64,000 bases of DNA from an uncultured Pseudobdellovibrionaceae bacterium (lineage in GTDB: Bacteria; Bdellovibrionota; Bdellovibrionia; Bdellovibrionales; UBA1609), in the NCBI GenBank assembly GCA_963803705.1, contig CAWDNU010000004.1, forward strand, positions 192,001-256,000, read 5' to 3'. Both the position numbers and the translations under genes were made by a program. The number at the start of each line of letters is the position of its first letter. Position 1 is the stretch's first letter. The notes under the pieces were generated by a model. That model was not told the origin of the DNA. It saw only the letters and a program-made list of their open reading frames with translations, and ran no database searches. Shown piece after piece: positions 21,850-32,603 of this stretch.

Positions 21850-23246
21850 TAGTCCATATCCTTGTTTGCAAAACGTTTTTTATATTTTTCAGCGTATATA
21901 TCTTTAAAATAAAACAGCAAAAAGATTCCAATAAAAATTAGCAAGGACCCTAAATACTTTAAAAATCTGCCAGGGTCTTTGTTCACGGAAAAAACAGAAT
22001 GAGTTGGTTTACCTTTTTCATCTTCTTGAAAGCTAGATTGATAAAAAGTAAGACCTGCTTTTTTCATAGGTTCATTCATGGATATAACTATAGGCTTATC
22101 TTCGCCCTCTACTTTTACTGTGCTTTCATAGGATGCTGCCCTTCGAGTTCCCTGATATCTACCCACCTTGAAGTCTACCACCTTCATATTAAATCCAATA
22201 TCATAACGAATAGATCCGTAAGAAATTATGTGGACTCTGTCAGATTCAAAAATTTTTAGCGGTCTGTTTTGACCAAGGGCATACTCTTTACCTTTAAACA
22301 TAACTTTAAGCGACGGAGTGGTTTGAACAGATGGGTAATCCTCGGCCAAGTAAGTCACCTGCTCTTCAGCATCAGGATAGAATTTAAGCACTCTTACCTT
22401 AAAATCCATCCATCCAGTCTGGATAACGTCGCCCCTGCTCCACTCACCCTTTATGCTAGCTTTATCACGACCGCTGCCATAAATTTCGTAGATTAGCTTA
22501 TTGTTTTCATCGACTCTAAAAATCAGTTCGTTCTTGTCGACCCTTTTATAATCCGAATCAGCCAAAGTAACCGAAGCAGGTCCAAGCTGAAAGTTGTCAA
22601 ATCCTTTAGATTTTTCCTTAAATAACCAAGCAGACTGATTTGCTCGACTACCTTCAATTAAAAATTGGACTGCGGGGCTAGATGTATTTTCGGCGGCCCT
22701 AGCTATTTTCTTTTGCGGTAAACTGAAGTGGGTGTAATCAAAAATTTTAAAATCTTGACCCATCACTTTGAAAATCAGCGGGTTTTTTTTGAAATTTCTA
22801 TTAAAAAAATCAACCTGCTCTTGGTGAACCATACGATAGTCTTTTCCGTCCATCGAAGTATAAACAGCAATTTCATCGGTTTGTAATTTGATGAACCGAT
22901 TTTTCCCGCCAATTTCAAAAACCATGGAACCATCAACTCCATAAATAAAGCTGACTACTGAACCTGCAAGTAAAAGTAGGATACCAATGTGAGCAAGAAT
23001 AAAAGAAATGTGATGTTTTTTCCAGGGCCATCTATCAATCATCACAGCTGTTATGTTTACAGCCAGTAAGCCAAGAATCATCCACATCCAAAAGGAATGA
23101 TAAACTAGCTTTTGAGCGTAGATCCGATCATATTTGGACTCGTAAACGGTCCCAACTGCGGAGACTACACCTAAAGATACAATCACTATAACTGCCAACC
23201 GAAGTGAAGCCATAAAATCAAAAATTTTTTCAATCCACTTCAACAT
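21849..23246 (-). CDS. resB: Cytochrome c biogenesis protein CcsB/ResB (system II)
   Basis: ASLRLAVIVI, LAHIG, MNEP..FYQSSF and KDPG motifs; upstream of ccsA. Confidence 0.88.
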   Translation of the reverse strand: MLKWIEKIFDFMASLRLAVIVIVSLGVVSAVGTVYESKYDRIYAQKLVYHSFWMWMILGLLAVNITAVMIDRWPWKKHHISFILAHIGILLLLAGSVVSFIYGVDGSMVFEIGGKNRFIKLQTDEIAVYTSMDGKDYRMVHQEQVDFFNRNFKKNPLIFKVMGQDFKIFDYTHFSLPQKKIARAAENTSSPAVQFLIEGSRANQSAWLFKEKSKGFDNFQLGPASVTLADSDYKRVDKNELIFRVDENNKLIYEIYGSGRDKASIKGEWSRGDVIQTGWMDFKVRVLKFYPDAEEQVTYLAEDYPSVQTTPSLKVMFKGKEYALGQNRPLKIFESDRVHIISYGSIRYDIGFNMKVVDFKVGRYQGTRRAASYESTVKVEGEDKPIVISMNEPMKKAGLTFYQSSFQEDEKGKPTHSVFSVNKDPGRFLKYLGSLLIFIGIFLLFYFKDIYAEKYKKRFANKDMD

Positions 23247-23283
23247 ATTTTCACTCTACCATTTTAGTCGGTCAATTTGACAG

Positions 23284-24126
23284 TCATATTTGACTAATAT
23301 TTTTAAAAATAGACTCGATCGCACTCGAAAGCCTTGCCTGAATTGCTTCAAACTTTTTGTCATCCTTTTGCTTTGTTGCCTCTGTCATATAGAGGTCACG
23401 TCTTAATTCAACTTGGATACAGTGTTGATTTTTTGAGGGTTGGCCGTAAGTCTGAGTCACCCGGCCTCCGATGTAAGGCCAATTGGTCTTTACTTGAAAT
23501 CCCGCCGCACTGTAGGATTCTACAACCAAATCAAAGTAGGCTTTATCAGCGCTCTTTCCATTTTGGTCACTTATTACGACTTCTGCCCGTGTCTGCCCGG
23601 GATCTTTGTGAATTTCAGTTCCTACAGAGGGCATACTGTGCAAATCTAGCTGGTAAACAGGTTCGTCGCTAATTTTAAAAAAGTCCTGGTAAGTTTTAAG
23701 CACCTCAGTATGAAATTCTTGATAATAGTTTGTTAGCAAACTCCGGTAAAGATCTTGACTGATCGGCTTGCTAAGCAACTGATGACCCTGGCTAGTTTGC
23801 TGCCAGATAAGTCCTGTTAGATGAGTGCCCTTTACCTGAGTAGCCCCAACAACACTGCCCTGATCAATATCTTCAGGTAACCTGTTAGCATCTGAAAAGT
23901 ACCTATGCCAATGTGACTTCACCAGTGGAATATTTAATTCTAATGCTACTGTCTCATATAATTGATCAACAAAACGATCCACATCGAACATCAACGTGAC
24001 TTCATCTAAATTTTTTAACCACTCTACTTCATCAGGTACTTGTTCACCAGAATGGGGGCTCGTTAAAAAGAAACGTTCATTGTTAGACATGACAAACTCC
24101 TGTGAATTATCATAAACTATAATCAT
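23284..24126 (-). CDS. N-formylglutamate amidohydrolase family protein (start likely about 24090)
   Basis: SPHSG, DVDRFVD, DANR, DLHSMPS, NWPYIGG and IQVELRRDLY motifs. Confidence 0.9.
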   Translation of the reverse strand: MIIVYDNSQEFVMSNNERFFLTSPHSGEQVPDEVEWLKNLDEVTLMFDVDRFVDQLYETVALELNIPLVKSHWHRYFSDANRLPEDIDQGSVVGATQVKGTHLTGLIWQQTSQGHQLLSKPISQDLYRSLLTNYYQEFHTEVLKTYQDFFKISDEPVYQLDLHSMPSVGTEIHKDPGQTRAEVVISDQNGKSADKAYFDLVVESYSAAGFQVKTNWPYIGGRVTQTYGQPSKNQHCIQVELRRDLYMTEATKQKDDKKFEAIQARLSSAIESIFKNISQI

Positions 24127-24685
24127 GAAAATCTACACTAAAACTGGTGATAAAGGTTCAACTTCACTTTTGGGCGGCCAGCGCGTCGAAAAAAATCATC
24201 CGAAACTGAAAGCATACGGAACCGTGGACGAGCTAAACTCGCATATGGGACTGTTACTCAGTTTCGTTAAAAAAGATATTTCGAACTCTGATATCGAGCA
24301 AAATTTTATCTTTGAAATTCAAAATCATTTATTTCTTTTAGGCAGTCACTTAGCCTGTTTTGAAGATTCTGACCGCCAAAAATTTAAGATTGCTAGTTTT
24401 GATACCTGCCAAACTATTTTTTTAGAAGATGGCATCGATAAGCTCGAAAAAAGTTTAATGCCGCTTAAAAACTTTATTTTACCTGGTGGAAGCGCTTCTT
24501 CCTCCCAAGCCCATATCTGCAGAACTGTCTGCCGGCGCGCAGAGCGGTTAGTTGCAGCGCTAAAAGATTTTGATCCTATATGGTTAATCTACCTAAACCG
24601 CTTAAGCGATTATTTTTTTGTTCTAGCAAGACATTTAAATAAACTTCAAAATATTGAAGACATTATTTGGGTTCAAAAGAAATGA
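24125..24685 (+). CDS. Cob(I)alamin adenosyltransferase, PduO type
   Basis: MKIYTKTGDKG, YGTVDELNS, FILPGG, RTVCRRAER and YLNRLSDYFF motifs. Confidence 0.95.
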   Translation: MKIYTKTGDKGSTSLLGGQRVEKNHPKLKAYGTVDELNSHMGLLLSFVKKDISNSDIEQNFIFEIQNHLFLLGSHLACFEDSDRQKFKIASFDTCQTIFLEDGIDKLEKSLMPLKNFILPGGSASSSQAHICRTVCRRAERLVAALKDFDPIWLIYLNRLSDYFFVLARHLNKLQNIEDIIWVQKK

Positions 24686-25803
24686 AGATCACTTATTGCG
24701 ACACCGAAAAAGATTACAACTTGGCCGAAGATTTTTTAGATCAACAGGCCGTGCCGTCTCCGCCAGCTGAATTAAGGTTTCGCTTTCCCAAAGGCTTACA
24801 AGAATATTTAGATCACCTTAGTAAAGAAAATGACACCTGGATTCTAGAAAGTGAACAAAAAGCAATAGCAGCTGGATCCTTGATCTATAAAGACATGGAT
24901 ATAGAAGGCAAGTCACAGAAAATTGCAATTACGAGTTTTATGAAGATTAGGCCTGACGCTAAATCAACGCTTCTTTGGGCTAAGCATCTGCTACCAAAAA
25001 TTCATGAGCGTTTGAAAGAAAAAAATTGTGATTATATCTTTTCTTTTGTTTTTCAATCTTTACAGCTTCAAATTAGAAACTTCAGGCAAGCCGTAAAGTT
25101 AAAAGAGAAAATGCCAAGATACTTTCTTATACGCAAAGCCTCTTTTGTGTTAATTCACGGCCGGATACCTTGGAAATCACATGCTTTAAAAAGTGTTCGC
25201 ATCCAAGAGGCTGAACTTAAAAATATACCTGAGATTTTAGAGTTTCTACGACTTCAACAAAATTTAAAGAAGATTAAAAAGGTTTGGACAGAGCAAGAAC
25301 TAGAAGGCCTTATCAGATCCAAAGCTCTGCTAACCCTTCGGGAAAGACTTTATCTAGGCATGGACCACCACCGCAAAGTCGTTGGGATGTTTTTACCTGA
25401 AGAGGTAAACTCGATCCGCGAGGATATAATGGTGTCTGCCTCGCCGGAAACCCTAAGCTACTTCCAGTTTCAACGACTGCTCTCTTTTTTCAGATTGACG
25501 AATCGACCGCCTTACATGAAAAAGCCGCTTAAATACCTTTATTTATCTATGATAGACGCAACTAATCCCGATGTTTTTGAATCACTACTAAGATTTGCCT
25601 ATAAAAAATTGCGGCTAAGAAACGAGACAATCGCCTACACCCACTATTCCGGTAACCTTACCTCCAGGCCTCCATCAAGTTTTATTGTTGGCGCACTTCC
25701 TATGGATTTGTACCTAATCTTGCCAGCTGACAGAAATCCTCCAGAATTTTTGAAATCATATTGGATGGCGCCAACCCCAGATCTAGAATCAGTGATTTTC
25801 TAG
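24667..25803 (+). CDS. Hypothetical protein, possibly tandem GNAT-like fold
   Basis: 378-aa ORF; VRIQEA..IPEILEFL pattern typical of a GNAT start. Confidence 0.55.
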   Translation: MGSKEMKITYCDTEKDYNLAEDFLDQQAVPSPPAELRFRFPKGLQEYLDHLSKENDTWILESEQKAIAAGSLIYKDMDIEGKSQKIAITSFMKIRPDAKSTLLWAKHLLPKIHERLKEKNCDYIFSFVFQSLQLQIRNFRQAVKLKEKMPRYFLIRKASFVLIHGRIPWKSHALKSVRIQEAELKNIPEILEFLRLQQNLKKIKKVWTEQELEGLIRSKALLTLRERLYLGMDHHRKVVGMFLPEEVNSIREDIMVSASPETLSYFQFQRLLSFFRLTNRPPYMKKPLKYLYLSMIDATNPDVFESLLRFAYKKLRLRNETIAYTHYSGNLTSRPPSSFIVGALPMDLYLILPADRNPPEFLKSYWMAPTPDLESVIF

Positions 25804-26490
25804 GGAAACTGCACTGGGATCCAAACTAACAAAAGTTTGAAATATAGGCTTTAGCTTTTCATCTAAACTAACTGATTCAACAATTTTAAACTGTTGTTTT
25901 GTAGTCAGCTCTTTTAGGAATTTCAAATTTTGCCCTAAACCCAAGTTTAAAACTTGCAGCGCTGGCTTTAACAAATCAATCTCGTTGAAGACTTCAGATG
26001 CTTGGGCAGAAGTCCTAATATTCTTTATTCCGCAAGACGTAAACCTATATAGGCTATATTTCGAACTTATATGAACTGCATGCAGTGCTCTAACTTGTCT
26101 TGGTTCTTTGTTGAAGCTACGAACCGCCGGATGTTTAATAACAAATTCTTTTAATGTTTGAAGTTTTAAAACCAATAGATGCGCACGAGAAGAGCTCATG
26201 TTGGAATACACATACTCAATCTTGTTTCCCTGATTTCTCAATCTTTGGAAAAGCGCAAACTGCACTAAGTCTGTTAAAAAATTTTTGAATTCTGGATGAA
26301 TGTTAAAGAACTCATCAGAATTATAAAATGAGTTGTTTAAGTCTATGGATTTGACACCTCGTAGAGTATCCCAATGCTTTTGAGCCGACGCTACAATATC
26401 TGACACTTCAGGTATACGAATAAGAATTTGTCTTAAATACGAAAACTCAATAAATGAACTTTCACCTAAAATCACCACAGTATCTTTCAA
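25789..26490 (-). CDS. Hypothetical protein (weak resemblance to a degenerate ACP-transacylase N-terminal region)
   Basis: 233-aa ORF; RIPEV...LVQFALFQRL; no GxSxG motif. Confidence 0.55.
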   Translation of the reverse strand: MKDTVVILGESSFIEFSYLRQILIRIPEVSDIVASAQKHWDTLRGVKSIDLNNSFYNSDEFFNIHPEFKNFLTDLVQFALFQRLRNQGNKIEYVYSNMSSSRAHLLVLKLQTLKEFVIKHPAVRSFNKEPRQVRALHAVHISSKYSLYRFTSCGIKNIRTSAQASEVFNEIDLLKPALQVLNLGLGQNLKFLKELTTKQQFKIVESVSLDEKLKPIFQTFVSLDPSAVSLENH

Positions 26491-26741
26491 TGATTTCCCC
26501 TATCCCTAAATTCATTACATTATGTTTATGATCAAAAGTGAAGTGTTATTTGTTTTGTTATTCACGATGCTATATTTTTTTTACTACACCGTGAAAGAGA
26601 TTCTATTGCTTAGTGTTAAGCTTAAAAGCTTACACCACTATACAAACTCAACGTGTTGCAACATCCGACCAAGGTCGTGGTCGAATAAAAACTTCTTCTT
26701 AAGGCATAATATTGATATTCTACAGAGGTTGGGCAGTTTAG

Positions 26742-27728
26742 ATGCACAATAACAAAATCAACTGGGGTTCTTCAGCATTGAATAAAAAAAAACGACCACC
26801 ATTCGAAGGTCTTTACATTTATATCTTTTTGACGCTTCTAGCCTTTGTTGTCTCAGATCTAGCAATTTTAAAAACGCAACTTTACTTAGAGAGTGTGTCT
26901 GCACCTTCAGCGCCCGGGACTCAGTTTAGGACAAGGCCTAATCCCGGTGCACTTTCAATTAGATCGCCAATAGCACAAAACAAATACCAAACGATAACAG
27001 AAAGAAACCTGTTTAATTCTGATGGAATTATCCCACCACCGTTCGGTGGTGCTGAAGAAATAATTGATGATAATGACACCCCAGTTAAGTCAGATTTACC
27101 TATTGAAGTTATTGGTACGATTGTTCATGCTAATCCTTACCGCTCTATTGCAAGCTTATCTCTGCAAGGCGAAGAAAACCCTGCTGCTTTAAAAGTGGGG
27201 GGATTTCTTAAGGATCTTGCAGAAATTCTTGCTGTGTTCAGACGCCGGGTCATTTTTAGGAACATGAAAAATCAAAGATTAGAGTTCGTAGAAATCCCTG
27301 AAGAGCCTAAAATTAAATCTAGAAGAGCACAAATTCAAACACCAAAATTTCAACGACCAGGTTTAGAGCCAGCTATTAAACAAGCCGGTAACGATTTTAC
27401 AGTTTCCAGAGCCGACGTGAAGGATCAACTGAATAACTATCAGTCTTTGCTGAAAACCGCTAGGGCTGTACCTTACACTGATCCAAGGACCGGGGAACTG
27501 ACTGGATTTAAAGTCACTCAGCTACAACCCGGCAGTCTGTTTCAAAAGCTTGGTATTCAACCTGGCGACGTTATTAAAGGTGTAAATGGTGAACCAATTA
27601 ACAGTGTAAATAAGGCCTTGGAAGTTTTCGCGAATTTGAAGGGGTCTGTTGACGATATTGATAACGTAGATATCAGGGTAGAGCGTGGTGGCAGTGACCA
27701 GTCTTTAAAATACAATTTAAGTGATTAA
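26742..27728 (+). CDS. gspC: Type II secretion protein GspC (PDZ domain)
   Basis: N-terminal TM, ERNLFNS, HR domain and C-terminal PDZ (LGIQPGDVIKGVNG); precedes the secretin gene. Confidence 0.92.
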   Translation: MHNNKINWGSSALNKKKRPPFEGLYIYIFLTLLAFVVSDLAILKTQLYLESVSAPSAPGTQFRTRPNPGALSIRSPIAQNKYQTITERNLFNSDGIIPPPFGGAEEIIDDNDTPVKSDLPIEVIGTIVHANPYRSIASLSLQGEENPAALKVGGFLKDLAEILAVFRRRVIFRNMKNQRLEFVEIPEEPKIKSRRAQIQTPKFQRPGLEPAIKQAGNDFTVSRADVKDQLNNYQSLLKTARAVPYTDPRTGELTGFKVTQLQPGSLFQKLGIQPGDVIKGVNGEPINSVNKALEVFANLKGSVDDIDNVDIRVERGGSDQSLKYNLSD

Positions 27729-27934
27729 TAGTTTGAGCTAAGCTTTCAGCAAGATAAAAATCGATTAAATGCACCAGAGAGATAACCATGAAAAAAAACA
27801 CTAAAAAAAATTTCAAGCTATCTGTGAAAAATCCTGTTAACAGAAATATTTGTATGACTGCCAGCAATTTGAAAGTTCAGATAAGACAAAAAATGAACTC
27901 TTTGGCCTACAGCATTATCAGATCAGGAGGATCT

Positions 27935-30355
27935 ATGATTCATAAAATTTTCGCTCGACTAGAGTGTCAGTTGATTTATTTTAAAAAATTTTTCAAATTT
28001 ACTTCAGCCCTAGGGTTAATAGTTGGTCTGTGCCTATCTTTTTTCTTCTCGGCAAATTCATTTGCGCAGCAGTATAATCCTGAAAAGTTTAAGCCTGAAA
28101 CTGATGAAAAACCAATCCCAGTGTCACCTAGCGGCATCCCTTTTAGCCAGGCAAACCCTGAAGATATTAACGACAAAAATTATCCTGATAAAATTGAAAA
28201 TTTTGATTATCCCGATGTAGACATTAGAGATCTTGTAGATGTGATGAGCGAACTGACGGGAAAAAACTTTATCGTCGATCCCAGCGTTAAAAGTAAGCGC
28301 ATAACAATCATTGCACGAAGCGCAATTACCATTGCACAAGCCTATAAAGCTTTTTTGTCAGCTCTTGCAGTCAATCAAATTACAGTGGTTAAAAGTGGTG
28401 CTTTTCTAAAGGTTATTAATTCGAAAGACGCTTTAAAAGATAGTATCGAAATTTATTCTGGGGCTTACTATCCTACCTCGGATCAATTGATCACAAAAAT
28501 TATAAAACTAAAATATATCTCGGCCGTCGAACTGGAAAAAAGTCTTAGGTCTTTATATTCAAGAGACGGAGACCTTAAAGCCTACGAGCCTACAAACTCG
28601 CTGATTATATCTGATTATGGCTCTAACGTGGATCGGATAGTTAAAATTGCGGGGCAGCTGGATGTACCTGGTTTTGAAGAAAAGATGCGAGTCATACCTA
28701 TTTTGTACGCAGCGGCTAAAGATATCGCAGATCTGATCAATGACGTAATCAATAAAGGTGAAAACAGTCAGAACAGCAGATTTGGATCTGTCCCCCGCTT
28801 CAGAAGAAACGATAAGGCAGACGGCGCATCTTCAAATGAAAGCTTGTCATTTGTCACAGCTGACACAAGGACAAACTCTTTAATTGTGCTCGGTAATGAA
28901 ACCGGCATTGAAAAAGCCAGAGGCTTGGTCAAACAGTTAGATTTTAAAGTTAGCGCAGACGCCCAAGGTGGGGTCTATGTTTACTATGTTAAGCATGCCG
29001 ATGCTGAAGAGGTGCAAAAAACTCTTTCAGGTTTGGCTGATGAATCTAAAAAAGCAAATCAAGACACATCTAAAACTGGAGCAAGCGGTGCTAATGCAGC
29101 AACCCTACCTGAAACGGCCAAGGCTAAATCAGTGGGCGCAGCTTTTGGTGATGATGTTATTATTAAATCTGACAAAAATACTAATAGTTTAATTATCACA
29201 GCTAGTAAGCTTGATTATGAAAAGGTAATAAATATCTTAGAAAAAATTGACATTCCAAGGGACCAAGTTTTTGTCGAAACCACAATTATGGAAATCGATA
29301 TCAAAAAAGCTCGTGAAGTGGGTTTAAGTTTGTTTAACTTAGTTCCGGGCCCCGTTACTCCAAATGGCACAAGGGATATCATCGCAAGGCAAGGATTTAT
29401 CGGATCTGCAGGGGCACTGGCCACTGTTTTTAACCCTGCCGACAACCCAGACGGCGGTGGAATTTTTACTTTTGGTGCTGGTGATAAATTTAGAACGACC
29501 TTGCCTGCAGCGGGCGGGGCATTAGGCGGCCAGACCACAATCACTTCACTTATCGGTCTTTTAAAATTGATTGAAACCAACAGCATAGGACATATATTAT
29601 CAACACCCAAAATTACAGCTATGGATAACGAGAAGTCCATAATTGAAGTTGGTGATGAAATTTCGATACAAAGTGGTTCCACCGTTTCTGCTGCTGGAGC
29701 CCAAGCGACTTTTGTAAATAAAAAGGTCACAATCAAACTAGAGATCACACCATCAATAAGTCCAGGGACCGAAAAAGTCCGTTTAAAATTACTGCAAACC
29801 GTTGATCAACTTGGTGCTGCTGTTATTAATAATAACCCGGTCATAAGCACTAAAAACATTGATACCAATATTGTTGTAAATAGCGGCGACACAGCGGTTT
29901 TAGGTGGATTGATCAATGATAGAGAAACTGTAACAACTAGAAAGGTTCCACTGTTGGGGGATATTCCAATTTTAGGATGGTTATTCAGATCCAGAGCTGT
30001 GGAGAAGGAAAAAAGAAATCTAGTCGTTTTCCTAACTCCTAGAATTATTAGAAACTCCGAGACCATGACAAGAATCACTCAAAGTGAAATCGATAAACGC
30101 TTAATGTTTATAAAAAAAGAGGCACAAGGTATTGACCCTTACGGAGCTAAAATTGATGAGATTTCAAAAATTCCGGATCCAATTAATTCTAATGACAACT
30201 GGGATGGTGATATCCAAAGATCAGAGTCTGATTTTAAAACACCTGCAGATTCTGATGGTGAATTTGGCGGGGAATTTGGTGGCGAATCTGACGACGAATT
30301 CAGCGAAGACTTAGAAGACTTCCTGTCTGAATCGCCTGGTGGGGACAGTTTGTAA
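27935..30355 (+). CDS. gspD: Type II secretion secretin GspD (start at ATG 27935 with AGGAGG SD; tracked ORF opens at 27788)
   Basis: N0/N domains (DIRDLV..MSELTGKNFIVDP; TNSLII), secretin core, KVPLLGDIPILGWLFR. Confidence 0.96.
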   Translation: MIHKIFARLECQLIYFKKFFKFTSALGLIVGLCLSFFFSANSFAQQYNPEKFKPETDEKPIPVSPSGIPFSQANPEDINDKNYPDKIENFDYPDVDIRDLVDVMSELTGKNFIVDPSVKSKRITIIARSAITIAQAYKAFLSALAVNQITVVKSGAFLKVINSKDALKDSIEIYSGAYYPTSDQLITKIIKLKYISAVELEKSLRSLYSRDGDLKAYEPTNSLIISDYGSNVDRIVKIAGQLDVPGFEEKMRVIPILYAAAKDIADLINDVINKGENSQNSRFGSVPRFRRNDKADGASSNESLSFVTADTRTNSLIVLGNETGIEKARGLVKQLDFKVSADAQGGVYVYYVKHADAEEVQKTLSGLADESKKANQDTSKTGASGANAATLPETAKAKSVGAAFGDDVIIKSDKNTNSLIITASKLDYEKVINILEKIDIPRDQVFVETTIMEIDIKKAREVGLSLFNLVPGPVTPNGTRDIIARQGFIGSAGALATVFNPADNPDGGGIFTFGAGDKFRTTLPAAGGALGGQTTITSLIGLLKLIETNSIGHILSTPKITAMDNEKSIIEVGDEISIQSGSTVSAAGAQATFVNKKVTIKLEITPSISPGTEKVRLKLLQTVDQLGAAVINNNPVISTKNIDTNIVVNSGDTAVLGGLINDRETVTTRKVPLLGDIPILGWLFRSRAVEKEKRNLVVFLTPRIIRNSETMTRITQSEIDKRLMFIKKEAQGIDPYGAKIDEISKIPDPINSNDNWDGDIQRSESDFKTPADSDGEFGGEFGGESDDEFSEDLEDFLSESPGGDSL

Positions 30356-30764
30356 AAAAAAATAGCACTGGAAGGTAGCAATAATGTTTCATCATTAAAG
30401 ACAAGTGACGATAAAGTCATTAACTTCTTGGATGATGCAAGTCTGGTCGTCATTAATAATAAATTTGAAAAGATTCTTACTAATGATGCGAAAAATGATT
30501 TTACTTGTGCGTACGATTTAAAATTTGGAAACAGTCATGCCCTTTGTCCTAATTAAAGACATCAAATTTTTTTCTTACGACAGCTCTTGTAATCTATTAG
30601 AGGGTTATGATAATGAGTAAAAGAACTAGGTTCACTGTAGGTTTTATTAGCTAAATTAACTATTTTCTGCCCCGCAGGTTTTACTTAATGGGTCTGTAAA
30701 TTATTTTGTGTATGAGTGACATCACCACTTCTTGTTTGAAACAATCTAACAAGGGGAAACATTT

Positions 30765-32012
30765 ATGCCCAAAGACCAAGACAGCAAATTTCTATTTGAT
30801 CCAGAGGAAGTAAATATAGCTTTAAAACAAGCCAAGACAATGGATGACCTCTTTTCAGAAGGTGGTGCGCTTCAGCTCATGCTTAAAAACACAATGGAGA
30901 CTATGCTTAAGGCAGAACTTCAAGATCATTTGGGTTATGCCTCTGGTGATATAAATTCCAAATTGACCTCAAACTCTAGAAACGGCAGCTACAAAAAGTC
31001 AGTCAAAACCACCCATGGAAAAGTTGATCTTAATATCCCGAGAGATCGTGACGGAACTTTTGAGCCCAAAGCCGTACCAAAATACGAAGGGGTTAATTCA
31101 AAACTAGAAGAGCAAATTATATCAATGTACGCCAAAGGGATGACGACCAGAGATATTGAACGTCATGTAAAAGAGGTTTATTTTGGTTTAGAAATATCAC
31201 CAACTGCAATATCAAGCATAACTGAAAAGATCCTAGATCATGCTAGAGAATGGCAAGCAAGGCCCTTAGAGGCCATTTATCCCATCGTATTTTTTGATGC
31301 TATCCATTTTAAAGTCAGAGTTGAGGGTAAAATTAAAAGCAAAGCTGCTTATACTTGTCTAGCCATAGATCACAACGGTATGAAAGAAGTATTGGGCATC
31401 TACATTGGTGAAAACGAGTCCTCTACCTTTTGGCTCTCGGTTTTAACAGACCTTCAAAATCGAGGGGTCAGTGATATTCTAATTGCCTGTGTGGATGGGC
31501 TTAGAGGTTTTCCTGATGCTATAAAGAGCATCTATCCTAAAACTGAAGTGCAGACCTGCATTGTCCACCAGATTAGAAATTCACTTAGGTATGTTGGCTC
31601 AAAACACCAAAAAGAATTTTTAAAAGATTTAAAACTTGTTTACCAAGCTAACATTGAAGAGATAGCCATAAAAAGCCTTGAGGATTTGCAAACCAAATGG
31701 GGTGAAAAGTATCCTGTAGTTATAAACTCTTGGACATCTAACTGGCCAACACTTTCAAGCTATTTTAAATACTCGCATCCCATTAGAAAGATCATATACA
31801 CAACGAACATTGTCGAAAATGTTCATCGGCAAATGCGAAAAGTTACAAAAAACAGAGCCTTGTTTCCAACAGACGACGCCCTATTCAAAATCCTATATTT
31901 AGCTGTTAAAGACACCTCACGAAGGTGGAAAACCCCTAAATGGAACTGGGGTCAGGTGATAGCTCAGCTTTCAATTCATTTTGAAGACCGAATTAAGCTA
32001 GACCTGATTTAA
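30765..32012 (+). CDS. IS256-family (Mutator-like) DDE transposase
   Basis: RNGSY, IPRDRDG, MYAKGMTTRDI, FFDAIHFKVR, CVDGL, QTCIVHQIRN and YTTNIVE motifs. Confidence 0.97.
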   Translation: MPKDQDSKFLFDPEEVNIALKQAKTMDDLFSEGGALQLMLKNTMETMLKAELQDHLGYASGDINSKLTSNSRNGSYKKSVKTTHGKVDLNIPRDRDGTFEPKAVPKYEGVNSKLEEQIISMYAKGMTTRDIERHVKEVYFGLEISPTAISSITEKILDHAREWQARPLEAIYPIVFFDAIHFKVRVEGKIKSKAAYTCLAIDHNGMKEVLGIYIGENESSTFWLSVLTDLQNRGVSDILIACVDGLRGFPDAIKSIYPKTEVQTCIVHQIRNSLRYVGSKHQKEFLKDLKLVYQANIEEIAIKSLEDLQTKWGEKYPVVINSWTSNWPTLSSYFKYSHPIRKIIYTTNIVENVHRQMRKVTKNRALFPTDDALFKILYLAVKDTSRRWKTPKWNWGQVIAQLSIHFEDRIKLDLI

Positions 32013-32168
32013 TGGCACAGCTGTTGTCTTTAAAAAAGTGACATTTTTTGCGCCGACAAATACTCTGTTTTGTCGGTTTTTATGTGTCTTTGTGTGTTCT
32101 ATTGGATTTAAAACATTCTTTAAATGAGTATAAGTTCCTTGCTGAGCCACATTCTCTCTTTCAAAATT

Positions 32169-32184
32169 TGGCATAATTAATGCT
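32169..32184 (+). promoter_or_regulatory. Putative sigma54 promoter for the IS passenger gene
   Basis: TGGCAtaattaaTGCT: GG-N10-GC. Confidence 0.55.
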
Positions 32185-32255
32185 GTAAATGTTTAAATTA
32201 TACGACGACGAAGCAATGGGGCTTCGAAGGTTTTCGTATATTAACGAAGGTGTTT

Positions 32256-32603
32256 ATGAAAAAAATAGTTGCTTTATTTATTATATCTTTTGCTTCAACG
32301 ATGTCATTTGCCAACGGAGCCGGTTTAACCCTAGATGAGGCAATAACAGCACTAAAAAATGATGTAGATCTAACTGCTGTTGCTAGAGCTATAGTATGTG
32401 CTGAAGAACAAATCGGCTGCGATATTCCGACTCGACTTTATATGGTTGACAGTTTGTTTTCTAAGCCAACTGCCGTAATAACTTCATCTGATGTAGACGT
32501 GCTTGAAAGAGCATTACTTGCGACCGAGCTATATTCTTCTGAAGAACTTGAAAGAATCGAGAAGGCATTAAATGAATTAAAGATAAGATTCTTAATTAAA
32601 TAA
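32256..32603 (+). CDS. Small secreted hypothetical protein, passenger inside IS256 copy 1
   Basis: Signal peptide MKKIVALFIISFASTMSFA; AAGG SD; lies inside the terminal IRs. Confidence 0.85.
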   Translation: MKKIVALFIISFASTMSFANGAGLTLDEAITALKNDVDLTAVARAIVCAEEQIGCDIPTRLYMVDSLFSKPTAVITSSDVDVLERALLATELYSSEELERIEKALNELKIRFLIK

